From the human T2T-CHM13v2.0 reference genome, Homo sapiens: a stretch of DNA of 64,000 nucleotides. The notes under the pieces were generated by a model that was given only the letters and a program-made list of their open reading frames with translations, did no database searches and was not told where the DNA came from. Position numbers and translations under genes: made by a program. The stretch lies in NCBI RefSeq assembly GCF_009914755.1, contig NC_060937.1. The stretch is one strand, 5' to 3'. Of this stretch, positions 18,446-33,913 are shown one piece after another (the first letter of the stretch is position 1; every line of letters starts with the position of its first letter).

Positions 18446-21400
18446 GATCCCTCTTTAGAATCCTGTTGACTTGGTGGCCTTGTGACTTCACCTTTCTAAT
18501 GGGCATCTACAAAGTTATGATCTTGCAGCTTATTTGGCTTCTTGTTCCCATTAGGGTAGGAATGATGTTCCTTTGTCATTTTCTACCTTCTAAGGGGAAG
18601 GACTCCCCAAAGGTGACATTTTGACTATGAGTAGGGTGCATACGTTGATCATTTTGCTGATGCCATTTTAGCTATAGATTCACAGTTCCCATTCCCTCAC
18701 TTGCCCTGCTGGCATCCCACAACACACATTGGAAGCCACCGCCTGGGGCCAAGCTCTGATCTGTGGCCAGGGCTCATGCACCAATCAAACTCATAACCTG
18801 GGTTTAATCAGCACGATGCCGCACCACTTGGGTAACCAGCCACCCTGGTGAGTAATCAGATTATATGATGGGGTAGAGAATCTGAGCCTCCCACACGGTT
18901 ATCACTTTTCACATCAGGGCTGTATTTTGGCAAAGATCTCATAAATTCTCACAACAGAGAAAAGCAAAGTGTGAGGCCTATGCAGTATAAAAAGAAATAG
19001 AGATGAATTGGTCTAGTAATTAACATTTAGTAACTTGACCATCATAGCCAATCCGAATGATTTAAGTCTGTCTATTAGCTATCTAAACCTACCCTGCGTC
19101 TGGTTTTGTGCCTTAGCTCCTAACAAACTTATACTTTTTCTTGAGATTTATCAATTCAGGAAAATATATAATGCAGTCCACATGGAAAATGGAGGCATGG
19201 TATTTTCCTGAAAGTTATCTGATGTTTTTAAACTATAGAGGCCATTGTAAAAATACCTTTACTAATAATCAGCTTTCGTAATGTTTTTAAGGTTAACTTG
19301 TCCTCGTGTCATGTATGTTTCTGGTTGGTGTTATATCAGACCTGGGATAACAAGCAGTGTCCATTTGAGCTGTCATGCTTTGCCAGTAAAAGTAATGCCA
19401 GTTTTCATTAAGTTGCTTGAAGATTGCACCCAAAAAATTTATTGTTTACATTTTTGAAGCAAGTTGTGTCTCAAGTTTAAATAACTGCAGAGAACTGTTT
19501 TCCCCTAAGGAGTAATAGATACAGTTACTGTGTTATAAGAGCCACATGCTGCAATTGTTTCTGAGGCAATTTTTGTAGTTTAAATTATAAACACCAGAAG
19601 TCAAATGTTTATCATCAAAGTCTTAAATTCTAGTATCACAAATCCTAGAATGCCAGCCAGGGAGCACATACCTTTCTAATTGAGTAATAGGCTAAGAGGA
19701 CCTGTGCGGAGCTGAAGACAGACGCCTCAAATCGCGGGGGCACAGGGAGAGCGGTCAGATGTCCTGCAGGCAGAACCCCAGGGGAACCACTCCCAGGGGT
19801 GAAACCGTGCTGACTCGGAGGTAGTGTGCCACTTGGAAGCAGTGGGACCGTCTGGTGGTAGATGCTTCACTTCTTCATTTATGACTCCACATTCGTGGAA
19901 GAGAGCAAAGGTCTGTCTGGCTTTCTCATGTTCCCAGTTTTACAAATTTTCTTTTTGCAGAACAACAGAGCAGGAATGTGTTTCGAGGAGCCAACAAATC
20001 CAAACCCCTCTGCAGACAAGAAATGAACGACAATTTTATGTCTAAAATGAAAAGAGCTACCAATCATCTTTTAGATTAAAAAAAAAACTTATAGAAGGAA
20101 CAACAAATGCTGGATGATAGTTATTTTACCTAAACCAAACTGTACCCCAAAATATAACTTTTGTACAAGTATATTAGCTTTCCTTAAGCATTGATAACAG
20201 ATCATGCAATCTCATAATCTCATTTTTTATGCTAATGGACCCTTATCAATTGCCTGACTGTATATTTATTCTTTAATGATAACAGTTATTCAGAAGGTAA
20301 ATATTTTGGAAAGAAGTAAAATTTTCTTCTATACCTTCTCTCAATTTTTCCCTTCACTTGAAAACATTTAAGAAACACTTTGATCAAAGAATTTCCAATT
20401 GACTAGAAATATAAAATGTTACATTTTTAGAGAAAATATGTTCACTGTAATTATCTAAGTTCTATGTTAGAAAACTATTGAGATTTTCCAATCACGTTGC
20501 ATTGCTCAGATTTGTGTAAGCTATTTCAAAATACTGTCACATTTATATCAGGACTTCTTTTGTTTTAAGAGGTACTAAGTGTCAGTTCATTTACTCATGG
20601 CAGAATTGCAATTGATCTAACCACCAGCCAGAGTGACAGCTCCGAAGGAGGCCGTTTGTGCTTTTAACGTGGCTGGTTGGCTTTACGCTGGCAGCTCTTC
20701 AATATGCTTTAGGCACATCTGTTTCATGGCTTTATTTGGAAAATGAAAGGGTTGTGGGAGCCTGGAAGACATTGATGTTGTCACCAAATACGAATTCAAT
20801 TTCTTGGTCTTTGAAACCGCCTCCCAAGACACAGTCTATGCATTTGATTCCATGTGGAACAGCTTAGGCAATTGACGAGGACTTCCATATTAGATCAGAA
20901 CTGTTTTTCCAGATGCCACTTAAAAATAACAAACAGAGGCTTGGAGTCTGCTTCCCAGGGGAGGCAACATTTAGAACAATGCTTATCATTAAGAGCTCCA
21001 GCTTCTGCTGATGAAAAATGTTAATTTGTTCTCTGCAAAAGGTTACTGGGATATTTTGTACCTGTCAAAAGAGAGGTTAACAGAAAGTGTTGATGTGTTG
21101 ATGCACAGCCTCCTTTATCCCTCTGCTGAGGCGCTGTGCCTGGCTTCAGGAGAGGGAAGCCAGGGACATGAACAGAGAGAAAGAATTAAAATTTGAGTCT
21201 GGAGGAAATGATTTCATTGGGGAAAAAAATAGATGAAAGGAAGTCTGTTTAAAAGGATGAGAATCCAAGGTATGGATTTCCTTTTCAGCATTTTTGCTTG
21301 GTTCTGTTTCTAGGCCCTTCTCTAATTCACTCAGCCAAAGTCATCTGCGTCTCCTCCACATTCCCATGACATTAAGTGCTTTTCTGAGGAGAATGATGTC

Positions 21401-21608
21401 ACTGTGCAGTCATGCATTCTGTGATGAGGTTTTGGTCAATGCCGGACTGTACATATGGCAGTGGTCCCATAAGATTATAATGGAACTGAAAAATTCCTAC
21501 CACCTAGTGACATCGTAGCTGTCGTAGCATTGTAGCGCAATATGTTGCTCATGTGTTTCTCGTGATGCTGGCGTAAAACAACCTGCTATGCTGCCAGTCA
21601 TAAAAACG

Positions 21609-21956
21609 CAGTGGTCCCCTACCCCAGGGCCATGGACCAGTACCAGTCCATGGCCTGTTAGGAAGCAGGCCACACAGCAGGAGGCGAGTGGTGGGCAAGG
21701 GATCCTTACCACCTGGGCTCCGCCTCCTGTCAGATCAGCAGCAGCTTTTGATTCTCAAAGGAGCGGGAAGCCTGTTGTCAACAGTGAGTGCAAGGGATCT
21801 AAATTTTGCACTCCTTATGAGAATCTAACTAATGCCTGATGATCTGAGGTGGAACAGTTTCATCCTGAAACCATTCCCTCCCCTATCCCCCCAGTCCATG
21901 GAAAAAGTGTCTTCCACGAAATTGGTCCCTGGTGCCAAAAAGGTTGAGGACCACTG
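21609..21956 (+). mobile_element. MER1B (hAT-Charlie MITE)
   Basis: TIRs cagtggtccc...ggaccactg; 'ggtccctggtgccaaaaaggttg'. Confidence 0.85.
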
Positions 21957-21978
21957 ATATAAAAACATAGCACATACA

Positions 21979-22326
<348 letters not shown>

Positions 22327-22642
22327 ACATACGATTATGTATAGTACATAATAATTGATAGAAAATAAACAACTGTATTACTGGTTATGTATTACTATAC
22401 TTTTTATCATTAGGGCATACACGTTCTACTTACAAAAAAAAAGGTAACTGTGAAACAGCCTCAGGCAGGTCCTTCAGGAGGGATTCCAGGGGAAGGCATT
22501 GTTATCACAGGGGATGGAAGCTCCCTGCCTATTGTTTCCCTGAAGACCTCCCAGTGGGACAAATTGTGGAGAAGGAAAACAGTGACATGGATGATCCTGA
22601 CCTGTGTAGTCCTAGGCTAATGGGTGTGCTTGTGTCTTGCTC

Positions 22643-22924
22643 TTTTTTTTTTTTTTTTTTTTTTTTGAGATGGAGTCTCGCTCTGTCGCCCAGGCTGGAG
22701 TGCAGTGGGGCGATCTCGGCTCACTGCAAACTCTGCCTCCCAGGTTCACGCCATGCTCCTGCCTCAGCCTCCTGAATAGCTGGGACTACAGGTGCCCGCC
22801 ACCATGCCCGGCTAATATTTTTGTATTTTTTATAGAGACAGATTTCACCGTGTTAGCCAGGATCTCAATCTCCTGACCTCGTGATTCGCCCGCCTCGGAC
22901 TCCCAAAGTGCTGAGATTACAGAT
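22643..22924 (-). mobile_element. AluY-type, slightly 5'-truncated
   Basis: Antisense Alu inside Tigger3b; TSD tgtgtctt. Confidence 0.9.
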
Positions 22925-23138
22925 GTGTCTTAGTCTTTAACTAAAAAGTAAACAGTTTTAAAACAGTTTTAAAAACAGATTTAAAAATAAAAAAAATGCT
23001 TGAAGGATAAAGATATAAAGAAAAAATATTTTTGTATAGCTGTACAATGTGTTTCTGTTTTAAGTGAAGTGTTATTGCAAGAGTCAAAAAGCTTTAACAT
23101 TTTTAAAGTTTATAAAGTAACAAAGTTACAGTAAGTTG

Positions 23139-23449
23139 GGCCGGATGTGATGGCTCATGCCTGTAATCCCAGCACTTTGGGAGGCTGACATGGGTGGATC
23201 ACCTGCAGTCAGGAGTTCGAGACCAGCCTGGTCAACACGGTGAAACCCCGTATCTACTAAAAATACAAAAATTAGTTGGGCGTAGTGGCGGGCGCCTGTA
23301 ATCCCAGCTACTCGGGAGGCTGAGGCAGGAGAATCACTTGAACCTGGGGGGCAGAGGTTTCAGTGAGTTGAGATTGCACAACTGCACTTCAGCCTGGGCG
23401 ACAAGAGCGAGACTCCATCTCAAAACAAAACAAACAAACAAACAGAAAA
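23139..23449 (+). mobile_element. AluS
   Basis: Full Alu; TSD aaagttacagtaagtt. Confidence 0.95.
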
Positions 23450-23620
23450 AGTTACAGTAAGTTAAGGTTCATTTACTTTTGAACAATGAAAAACCTTTTT
23501 AAAAATAAATTTAGCGTAGCCTATGTGTACAGTGTTTCTGAAGTCTACAGTAGTGTACAGTACTGTCCTAGGCCTTCACATTCACTCACCACTCACTCAC
23601 AAACTCACCCAGAGCAGTGA

Positions 23621-24150
<530 letters not shown>

Positions 24151-25623
24151 AGGTGTACCATTTTTTATCTTTTATACCGTATTTTTACTATACCTTTTCT
24201 GTGTTTAGACATGTTTAGACGCACACATGCTTACCATTGTGTTACAACTGCCTACAGTATTTGGTAGGGTCACATGCTGTGCAGGTTTGTAGCCTAAGAG
24301 CAAGAGGCCATACCACACAGCCTAGGTGTGTAGTAAGCTCTACCAACTAGGTTTGTGTAAGTGCACACTATGATGTTTACACAACAATGAAATCGCCTAA
24401 CGACACATTTCTCAGCCTGCATCCCTGTCGTTAAGCAACACATGATTGTGCAAAGGAGATTTGGGTGCATGTCTCTCACCCAAAGTACGGGCCAGTTTCT
24501 TTGAAGGTAGGAGCGCTATCTTCATTTTTGTGTCTCCTCTAATGTCTTTCAAGTACAGACCCTTTACAATGTAACTATTCAACAAGTGTTGAGTGAAGTG
24601 AAACAGAATGGGATAGAGTGGTAGCAATGCATGAAAGAGACTGGAGACTAAGGATGGAAGGGGGATTGCCGGCAACAATCAAAAGAAACTCACAAAAATA
24701 GAGTCAGAGAATCAACAAATTTGTTCTAATCATGCATTGCATCGAATTAGAAAACAGGATGACTCTTCCTTAAGAAAAGTATTTGAATTCCATCATATTT
24801 ACTCATAAACCACTACTCCCTCATGCAAGATAAGGTTTGTGTGTGGGAAAGGAAGAAAAGGAATATTCCAGTTCTGAACTCCAGGTGCACCACTTGCAGC
24901 TTTGATAGTTTCTCACTCCTCAGTCCACATTTCCTGCCATAGAGTATCAAAGAACAGTGGTAGAGATGGGTTGAATCTGAAATTGTTGTGGGCAAAGTCT
25001 TCAGTCTGTTTGACTCCCTATTAAATGAGTTCAGATTATTCATCCCTGCAGAGAAAAGGAAAAGCCAATTTCCTTCTGAGCAGCAAAATGAGCACAATAA
25101 AAATGTCTCAATGTGTTCTCTGGAAATCTCACCCAGAAAGCCACTTCACACTCTCAAGGTAGAACATGAAACTCCTAGATTGTTCCAGAAGTCTTGCTCA
25201 ATCGGGAACATCTAAATGGTTCCTTGGCAATAAGCAAACAAACAAATGCATAAATGATGTTGCTTCAGCATTTTAAAATAAGAGTAGCCTAGACATGCTT
25301 TCCAAAAAAAGATTAGTCTGTATGTTAGAAATGAGTACTAGATAGCCTGTCTCTTAATCACTGAAAATAATATTCTCTTTCTCACTAACATAATCCAGAA
25401 TAATCTTCTCATATTGTTATGACACTTTCAGAAAGAAACCACCTGTGTGTATCACCTGGCACAATTTAAAACTTGTTAACAAGGTGGTGACAAGGAATTG
25501 GATGCCAGGCAGGAGTGGTAGCTACATGTTCCCACCAAAGTCAGTTTTGATCTCCCTGTGCCTTGCTCACTAGCAGTTTAAGCGTGTGACTTTTCTTCAA
25601 TGAGCAGCAAGATCACTGTTCTT

Positions 25624-25639
25624 TGCCAGCAGGTGGTGC
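25624..25639 (+). promoter_or_regulatory. Candidate CTCF site
   Basis: TGCCAGCAGGTGGTGC, one mismatch to core CCASYAGRKGGCRS, in unique sequence. Confidence 0.45.
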
Positions 25640-27559
25640 AAAAATCTTTTTGCAGAAGTACTATTCACAGAAAAGCATAGGTCACCTCAGTGGGGACTCA
25701 TGGAACACATGACCATCGCTTCTGGAAGAAGCAATGACTAGGCTCTTTATTTAATATCAATTTATGTTACTTCCAGAATGAACCACCTCTTCCCCATCCC
25801 AACCACCCTGCCACAATGGTTCCAACACACTGGGTTGTAAAGACTTGATTCGTGTTAGCCATTTTGACAATCCCAAATGTCCTATTTCGGAGCTCTCACC
25901 TCATTCCATCTGCTTCCCCTAGATGCCTGAAGTTGACTACAGCCCTGCAGTAGACCATTAGCCATTCCCCAGAGAGGCCAGCTATCTGTAACTTGACTCC
26001 ATGAGCCCCACCCTCTTCCTCTCACTCTGTCTGGTAGGATTAAAGTGGGGGCTCTGGGTTTGCTGGCCTAAATCCCATTCTCCACCTTAGTCTCTGCATC
26101 CTAGAGATGGGATCCAGTGCAATCAAAAGTGGTCAAAAGCAATTCACTGTTGTTATTATTTAACAACAGAAATATTGGACTGTGAGACATATTGTAGAGA
26201 ATAAACTAAAAATGTTAGCCACTTTGTAAATAAAAATGATCATAGAAATTCTGAACACTTTAAGATCCACTTGATTATCTCCTATATAATCTCAGTCAAA
26301 CTTCTTAACTCTTCTGTGCCTCGATTTATGTCTTTATTTACTGGGCATAATCTATTTTTGCCACTTGACAAGAGAGAATGTGGGGAAGTCTAATACACTG
26401 TAAGCACCAGAGAAGAAAGAATCAACGATACCCATATTCAATCCTTAGTCTCTGTGCCAGGCAGTGTGCCAAGGACTTTCACAAACTTTGGTAAAACAGC
26501 TACAAAGGGGTAGTGCCAGGATTCAAATCCAGGTTTTCTGCCTCCCAATGCTTCTCCCACTTCCTATGCCAATTCATAAACCCTAAATCAATCCCAGGTC
26601 ACAGGCTCCAGTATTCAGATTCTAGAGAACCCATAGGTTGAAGATGATCTTCAATGCCATGATCCTCCTTTGCTGCAGAGAACACCACTCTCACAGCCTG
26701 CTGACCAGGAAAGACCGTCCCCCCTCACCTGCCACCAATACATGCCCACAACTTGCTTTAAAATCACTCTGACTTTACAAATGAAAAAATGATCCTGGAA
26801 GGACTGGACATTCTGCTCCCCATCACAGAGACAGCTGACTGTGATCTTCTTCCCTTCAACTTAGAGCACCAGAGGTCTAAGTTCTCAGACTCCAGTAGGA
26901 GAACAGACAAATTGTCTCTCACTCGTCACCCTTCTATGATGGTCAAAGATGTCTTTGGGTAAACTGGATAGCCCTTAAGTGATCTCTTTGCCCTGGGACC
27001 ACTTCCAGGATCTTCCCCTTCAGCTTCAAAGCCTACACTGAGTCTCTGTGGCCACCCCCACAGCTCCCTTCTCTTCTCTGCATCTGCAGTCCAGCCTAGC
27101 CCAACCCGCCCTCCGCCTTTCCTCTGTGCTCACCATTGAGGCTGTGCAGGAGCTACACTGGGAACCTGAACAGTCTTCCTGCCCCAGCCCCTCAGGTTCC
27201 TAGGCTCTGAGACTAACCCCCACCTTATTTAGTTACGGTTCGAACACTCCTTTGCATTTCTATCATTTACCTTTCACAGAGCAGGGAAGGCAGCTCAATT
27301 TCATCCCCAAAAGTTACTTTCTCCAACCTAATTCTCACCAAACACACAATCTATATGCTCTGTTAGTGCAGTTCCTAAATTCACCTACAGGGTGAATATA
27401 GATTTTATATGTAATCCCGTAAACTTGTATTAGAGAGCATATTTTATATTGACACACATCATGCAATTGATTCTCATCACATTTGTAGATGACATACCTT
27501 AGGAAGTATTTCCTTCGTAATATATTTTAATGTCATATTTAAGAATGTAAATGTTTTAC

Positions 27560-27738
27560 AAAAAGTTTTTAAAAATTAGCTTGGCATGGTGGTATAGATA
27601 TGTTGTCTTAGCTACTCAAGTGCCTGAGGTGGGAGGATGTCTTGAGCCCAGGAGGAGGCTGCAGTGAGCTATGATTCTGCCAACGCACTCCAGCCTGGGT
27701 GACACAACGAGACCCTGTCTCAAAAAAAAAAAAAAAAA
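27560..27738 (+). mobile_element. AluJ right monomer/FRAM
   Basis: Right arm only; TSD aagaat(g/a)taaatgttt. Confidence 0.85.
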
Positions 27739-28669
27739 CCAAGAATATAAATGTTTGATATGATATATATGTTATCCTTTTCCTTACTAATTCTATTGGT
27801 GCCTAATTTTTCTACTCAAATTTTGCATTAAGTTTATCAAATGAATGATCCAGGTGATATCAAGACCACATATCATTTTTTCGTATCCACATTATTCAGT
27901 AAATGTTGAAGTATAAACCAAATACTATTCACCGAACTTAGCTGCAGGAAGAAAAGAATGAACAAGCAATGCTCTTAGCCTTGGGGGAGTTTATTATCTA
28001 GAAAGGGAAACAATTAAGAGCACAGCCAACTGTTCCACTAAAATGCCGAATGAGGTAAGACAGTCTCAGCAGCATAAAGAAAGCTGTCTAGAAATACAGA
28101 GGAGGGAGAGATTGTTCTGGCTGACTGTAGGGCTAGAGAACAGAAATAGAATCAGAAAAGAGGACGAGATCTGTGGCATGTGAGGGTGAGGGCATTTACA
28201 TCAGTCCAAATGGATGAAGAGGAGATTCCAGTCTAGCACAGCATGGCCAGTCAGAGTAGAAGGGAGGCCCCAGCATGTGGGGAAGCTGCAATTAACTTTT
28301 TACCAAAACCTACCCCTGGTGAGGCAGAACAGAGAGAAATAATACCAAAAGCCACCCAACTGAAAAGGTAGGTGTGGATTCAAGAGACATTGAAAGTAGA
28401 TGCTTCAGAATTTGACAAGGGTTGGGTATGAGAAGGAAAGCCAACAGTGCCCCTTCTAAGCACTAAGCACCGTATTTTATGTGTCTGATGCGTTAACGCT
28501 AAATCCTCAGGATAAACTCTACAAGAAAAAGAAACCAAGACATAAAAGAAAGAGCTAGCTGAGGGCCAAGTTATTAGAACCTTCAAGGCTCTAACAAACT
28601 GAGACGGTGTTTGGAGGCAAAGGGGGGTTGTACTGAGTTTTGAGCAAGAACATGGCCTGCAAACATAGG

Positions 28670-28840
28670 CTACTCAGCAAGTGGGTGGCCTCCACGGTCA
28701 GACTCTCTGGGCCGGGATCCTGGCCCTGTACCCACTGGGTGTGTAGACTTGGACCAGTTCTGGGAGGATAATAACAACCCTGCCAACTTGGAGTAGTGTG
28801 AGGATTAAATAAGTGAATACATGTAAAGCATTTAGAGCAA
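28670..28840 (+). mobile_element. MIR
   Basis: 'gtgtgaggattaaataagtgaatacatgtaaagcatttagag'. Confidence 0.75.
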
Positions 28841-29011
28841 AGGGTCGGCATTTTCAGAGCCAGCTCCAGGCAGGCTGCATGACAGGTGTGCAGAAGGGGA
28901 GACACCCTGAAGAGGTCAGGCACTCACAGGACCACTTGCTGAAGCTGTCTGCTGGACAAAACATGCTGATGACCTAAACTTGCAAGATGTGGATTTAAAA
29001 GACATTTAGGT

Positions 29012-29355
<344 letters not shown>

Positions 29356-30089
29356 TCAAAGATATCTCTCAGGGAGATTACTGGGAGAATAGGGGTGCCA
29401 GTAGCCGACAAGAAAGCCCAAGAAAACAACTGGTGTTTGGAGTGGGAATATTGTGGGGGTGGGGGTGGTTAAGAAGATAGAAGATCAGATTTAGGTGTGT
29501 TTAATTTTATCGCCAGTGGAATGTCCAAGTAAAGATGTACAGCAGGCAGTGTGAAATGCTTCCTAAAACAGGAGAAACTAAATTCTGTAAGGTTTATCAT
29601 TATTCCCATGGTGAATTTCTACTCAGTCTTCAAAACACAGCTCAGAGGCTGCCCCTTGTGTGGAGTCAATTGAGTTGTGCCACTATCCCTAGCATTTATC
29701 AAATTGCACTGTGTTTGTTTACATATCTGTATCACTGAGCTCCTTAAGGAAAGAAAGGGTGTTTTGTTTTCACCCTTGCATTTATGCTCAGTGATATTTG
29801 GTTGAATTGACAAATGGATATAAACATCATTTCCAGAGCATTGTGAATTTAAATCGTGAAGATATATGAGATTTCAAGGGAGAGTGGAGAGAGAGAAGGA
29901 AGAGAAGATCAAGGATAGATTTCCCCTTCGGAGGACTCCTGCATTTAAAGGATGGCAGAAAGAGGAAAATGTCATTGCTGGAGGGCACAGACAGATAGAG
30001 AATAGTGAGGCCACTAGAGAGTGGAGCCCCTATGTCAGACAAACCAAAGGAGGTTTCCAAAAGGAGAGGGCATTGGTGTCTTGTGCTGC

Positions 30090-30400
30090 GAGGGCAGAGA
30101 TGGGAAATACATGCACACCCGTGGGCGGGGGCATGCCTGGGGCCAGCAGGGCGAGATTTCACAGGGGAAGGAAGGATCCTGGCTACATCTGAGGGATCAG
30201 CCAGGACTCGGTGCCAAGACAATGTTTGCTCGGTATCCCCAAGCTTCTGAGTTTTCAGAGAAAGCCAGAATGCAGATATGTATGTAATATTAAATCTTAG
30301 CAACTAACTCAAGTTTTAAAAAATAAAAATAGTGTGCCCAAGGCTACGTGGGTCTAACAGATCCTACCTGACCTGGAGGGAAGCCAGTTTATAACCTCCA
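30090..30400 (-). mobile_element. MER102-like hAT element
   Basis: 'ttttcagagaaagccagaatgcagatatgtatgt...ttagcaactaactcaag...gccagtttataacctcc'. Confidence 0.6.
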
Positions 30401-30959
30401 GTGAGGAAGGAGGAGGTTGAGAGAGCAGATATCTGAAATGGTGTTAAGTGCCTAGAGATCTAGCAATGAGTTGGGTGTTGAGGAAACAGAGGTACAACAC
30501 ATAGAAATTAAATTCTCTTGCCAGGTCTTCTTGACTTCCTGGACTATGATGAACGGTCGTCTTGAGAAGACCCCCTACACCAAATGCGCGTATCGGAACC
30601 TACTCACTCAGAACAGCATGGGTTAGTTCCACTTACTGGTTTAAGAAAGCTCAACGGGCAGAGGAAAAATAAAAGCTGCTGTCTCCCTAAAAGCCTCACT
30701 ATAATACCTGTAGGGTATTACATAGCTGTGACTGGATTTAATCAGTTAAGGTCATAATCATTAGCATTCATTAGTGTCTTTTGAAGTCTTAAGGAGGTCC
30801 AGGGAGATTCAGATCCTGAAGTGATTTTGTTTTGGCTGTTGCCTGCTGGGAAACCAAGATAAGAGCCTCCAGAGACCGCAAATACAATAGAGGTTCACAG
30901 TGGAAGGATTCTTGGCTGAATCTGTTCAGTAAGGTTAGTCTTGCCTTCCAGAGAGCCTT

Positions 30960-31145
30960 TGACTGGTAAGGATGTCTGAGTGTTATTCCTCCACTGAGCT
31001 CTTACTGCGTACCTAGGGCAAGTTGTTCCCCCTTTTAGACTTGGTTTTCTCATGGATAAAATTGATATAATGATAGCAAGGCTAAGACTTTGTGGAGGAG
31101 GTTTTATGTATTTATCATAGTGCAACATGAAAGTGAGTGCTTGAT
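30960..31145 (+). mobile_element. MIR
   Basis: 'ctagggcaagttg...ggttttctcatggataaaattgatataatgatag'. Confidence 0.6.
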
Positions 31146-32529
31146 TGTGTGTATGTGTCTGGAGAGCATGCATCACAAGTGAAAAAACATCTAAAAACTG
31201 AGATACGTTTGTCTTTTCTTTTAGTCCATTATCTCCAAATGACAGACTAGACTGACATCACAGACACACATTCAATGAGCTGTTTGCAATCACAGTCTTC
31301 ATCTCTTGGAAACATTCGTACTGGTTTCATTTCAAAGGCAGTGCTGTCTAAAGGCTATGAAGCATCTTATTGGAAAGCTCCAGTAAACAGTATCTTATTT
31401 CACTGAGAATTTCTGGAAAGTTACTTCAGAATTTTTCAACATGGTACAGGACAATCCTGCTCTACTCAAAAGAAGCAAAGGGTAATTTAGTAGCTGTGGG
31501 GTGAAATTAAATCATGTTGCCAAAACAGTGTGAAGAATCTTGCTGAGGACTTTAATGGTATCATTCTCAATTTCATGAAAGCTAAGTACAACCTAGGGTT
31601 TCTGATGCACTCTCTTACCACACAGTTCTTTCATTTAATGTTTAATCTTTACCGCCGCTTTGATGTATGGATTTGTTTATTTTGTAATTATTTTGTTTAA
31701 GACACTCTATGATTATTTCACTGTTGTGCCCATTCTTGCAATCCGTGGGGTTTTAAAAAATCTACCTATCGCAGGCAATCTCTAGGGCCATTCTGCCAAA
31801 AGAAAATAGTAGGATTAAAATCCCACACACATGCAAGAAGCAGCTAGGAATATAGTGGAGTCAATTTAAATATATACTAAACACAGGATAAATGCATCAA
31901 GTAGAATGCAGACGTGATTCCATTCCAATTCCAGGCTTCTGCGTTTTAAGCACCTCTTCCCTCCAGCCTGTGCTGCTGGTGGCAAAGAGCTGGTCTTGGG
32001 TGGCCCGGGAGACACCTGTCTCCTTTTGGATAATTCTACCCCAGAGCAAGGACCTGGATGAGACCGGTAGACAGAAACACTGCTTTGGCCCACCACATAG
32101 AAAGACATATTCTTGCAGGCTTAAAAAAAAACTGACTTGACATATTTCCTCAGAGCAAAACTCTTCTGCCCTTACAACACTATTTCTCACCCACGTGCAC
32201 CAGTTCCTTGGTTCCAAAGCAAGAGAGTGCTCAGGGTTCCTGTGAGGGGTGGGTATTGGGTGTGAAGGCATACAGGGAGGCTGGCAAAGGCAGTTCCTGA
32301 AACTGATGGTCCTTGGAAACTATATACGTTTCTCATGTTGCCATTTTCACATTAAAATCCTAAAAGTAGAAAGAAATTCACTCAGGTTTCTTATAATTAT
32401 GAGTTTTCATAATCAAAATTATGATATAAGTTAACTTAGTGTGTAGGTACTTTTAAAATAAAAGGAAAAGTGACCTGTATGTTATCATTATGTTGTTATT
32501 ATGAAACAGAGTTTGTATAGTTCTTAGAA

Positions 32530-32680
32530 GAATGCAAAACACTTTCCTACACTTGAACTCATTCAAGTCTACCAATGAGATAGCAAAGACAAGGATGATA
32601 ATGATGGTGAGGACAATGCTTATCTTAGAAAAAGATACTGAGATCCAGAGAAGTTCACAATTGGTAAATGTCAGAGTCAT
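32530..32680 (-). mobile_element. MIR
   Basis: 'gaaaaagatactgagatccagagaagttcacaattggtaaatgtcagag'. Confidence 0.55.
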
Positions 32681-33913
32681 AACTGTTGTGACTTTTAAGA
32701 CCATTCTTCCCCACTTCACACCATTGCCTTATACCAACATTTTATAGAATAATTCCTATTGTGGAGTTCTGTGGGCAGGCTAAGCTTCTTGTCTACTTAA
32801 ATAGTAACAGTAAAGCTGAATCAGTTGCACTGGAAGCCTGGATGTAATAGGATCCTTTAACATGTCAATGGCGTTCAGTATACCTGAAGTACCAGAAATA
32901 AAGGACTTGTTATAATACCGCGCTGCCAGATAACAACCTGACAACACCAGTTCTGGGGATAGAGTTAGTGAAACCACTGCAGTTTTCTCTGGCTACAGCA
33001 GCTGAGTTCTCTACAAGCCTTCTTGCCCCAGTATTTAGCATTGCAGCCAGCAAGAGTCAGTGCACAGTGAAATTTTTAATTGAACGCTTACAGAAACATG
33101 TCATTTACTCTTCCTAAACATGATTAATGTTGATTCATTTAAAATATTGATCAATATACATCATTGAACACACAAATATGCCTCTCCTGTTAATAAACAA
33201 AATGTGCACAAACTGAGTATATTCGCCCTCTTTCTACTGATTTACCTTCCTGCTCCAGACAGAAATCCTCTCTAATAAGCTGCGCACATCATTTTGAAGC
33301 TCTGATGTGTACCTGAAATCTCTCATAACTGTCTATTTTCCCTCTCATTTCGTTGCCTTAGTTCAATCACCTCACAATATTTTTAATTTGATTCTTTACT
33401 AAGCTGCTTCTAGATAAGCAAACTGCCCCAATTCACTCACAGTAAAGCAAAAACTAGCAAATGGAGTTACTGGATTAGTGTAGACTAATCAAATGCTCAT
33501 GGTTTCAATGAATGTTTAGTGAGTTTCTGAAAGCACATGGCTACACAGTTACCTAATTATAATGCTGTTGTTTTTAGTGGTACTAAGAACAACAGTCCTT
33601 CTATAAATCATTATTTCCCTTTTCAAACAGTTTTGATTCATTATTGCATTATTTTCTATCCATTAAATATGTTTAATATCAAATATATTATTTCACGAAC
33701 TTCATCTGAAGTACGGGGAGTTTAGAGTGCAGGATTTCACACAATCCTTCCAAATTTGAGGACTGGGGCCCAGAGATAAGGGAAGGTACTTATGATTGGA
33801 TAGAAAAAAACAAAATCAAAGGGATTACTTAATAATTATTTCCAAAGCCTGTAAAGCTTGACCTTATCCTTAGTGGCAATACTTTAAGAGAGAGAGGATA
33901 CATTGATTTAAAT

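Noticed and set aside
29827-30303. 158-aa minus-strand ORF
   Set aside because: Spans L2 and MER102 fragments, non-ATG start, no domain
30546-30640. C-box-like ATGATGA suggesting a snoRNA
   Set aside because: No D box or terminal stem at a suitable distance
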